Assembly (NCBI RefSeq): GCF_963921235.1
Contig: NC_086097.1
Span: 165,542,001-165,606,000, forward strand
DNA from: Mobula hypostoma
Lineage: Eukaryota
Reading direction: 5' to 3'
Length of the DNA stretch: 64,000 nt
Positions 63,646 to 64,000 of the stretch are shown here, in pieces. Every line of letters starts with the position of its first letter. Within the stretch, counting starts at the first letter, position 1. The notes below the pieces were generated by a model. That model did not search any database. It worked only from the letters and a program-made list of their open reading frames with translations, and was not told where the DNA came from. Position numbers and translations under genes: made by a program.

Positions 63646-64000
63646 ACAAGAGAAAATCTGCAGATGCTGGAAATCTGAGCAACACACACAAAATGCTGCA
63701 GGAACTCAGCAGGTCAGGCAGCATTTATGGAAAAAAGTACAGCCGACGTTTTAGGCCGAAACTTTTTGGCAGGACTGGAGAAAAAAAAAGCTGAAAGTAG
63801 ATTTGAAAGGTGAGGGGAGGGGAAAGAGAAACACCAGACGATAGGTGAAACTTGGAGGGGGAGGGGTGAAGCAAAGAGCTAGGAAGCTGGTTGGTGAAAG
63901 AGACAGGGGGCCATGGAAGAAAGAAAAAAGGGGGGTGGGGGAGAAACACCAGAGGGAGATGATGGGCAGGCAAGGAGATAATATGAGAGGGACAAGGGAA
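63646..64000 (-). mobile_element. Longer Penelope-like element end, running off the window
   Basis: Same terminal repeat, degenerate hammerhead at 63741-63776, then a purine-rich (plus strand) tract. Confidence 0.72.

Noticed and set aside
648..64000. Most short ORFs in the supplied track (e.g. 47558-48190, 49511-50146, 37575-38099)
   Set aside because: They are antisense or alternative-frame shadows of LINE ORF2 sequence, or chance ORFs; there is no evidence of independent genes.
60461..64000. Further upstream PPP4R1 exon
   Set aside because: No segment with recognisable PPP4R1 translation and compatible splice phase; the next exon probably lies beyond the window.

Overview
Eukaryotic vertebrate genomic DNA. 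The repeat content (CR1 LINEs, V-SINE/HE1-like SINEs, Penelope-type repeats) suggests a cartilaginous fish, probably a ray or shark; this taxonomy is inferred. The window holds two convergent genes: the last two coding exons of RALBP1 (+ strand, 939-1065 and 5158-5427) and ten 3' coding exons of PPP4R1 (- strand, 60460 down to the stop at 24776), the same tail-to-tail layout as human 18p11.22. All exons have GT-AG boundaries with consistent phases. Most of the remainder is transposable elements: several CR1 subfamilies, Rex1/Babar LINEs, a Vingi-type LINE, tRNA-SINEs, and Tc1/mariner, Tigger and hAT derivatives. Most notable observations: (1) Penelope-like terminal repeats carrying minimal hammerhead ribozymes, with one intact core at 15524-15559 (-); (2) an in-frame 102-nt candidate PPP4R1 cassette exon (46627-46728) absent from the human protein as I recall it; (3) a 164-bp spacerless palindrome at 30002-30165; (4) a 1.6-kb mirror-image Tc1 derivative; (5) a three-level nested retroelement stack at 53.0-57.2 kb. 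Exon, TSD and motif coordinates were counted by hand; boundaries of degraded repeats are approximate. No prokaryotic systems, CRISPR arrays, rRNA or true tRNA genes were seen.
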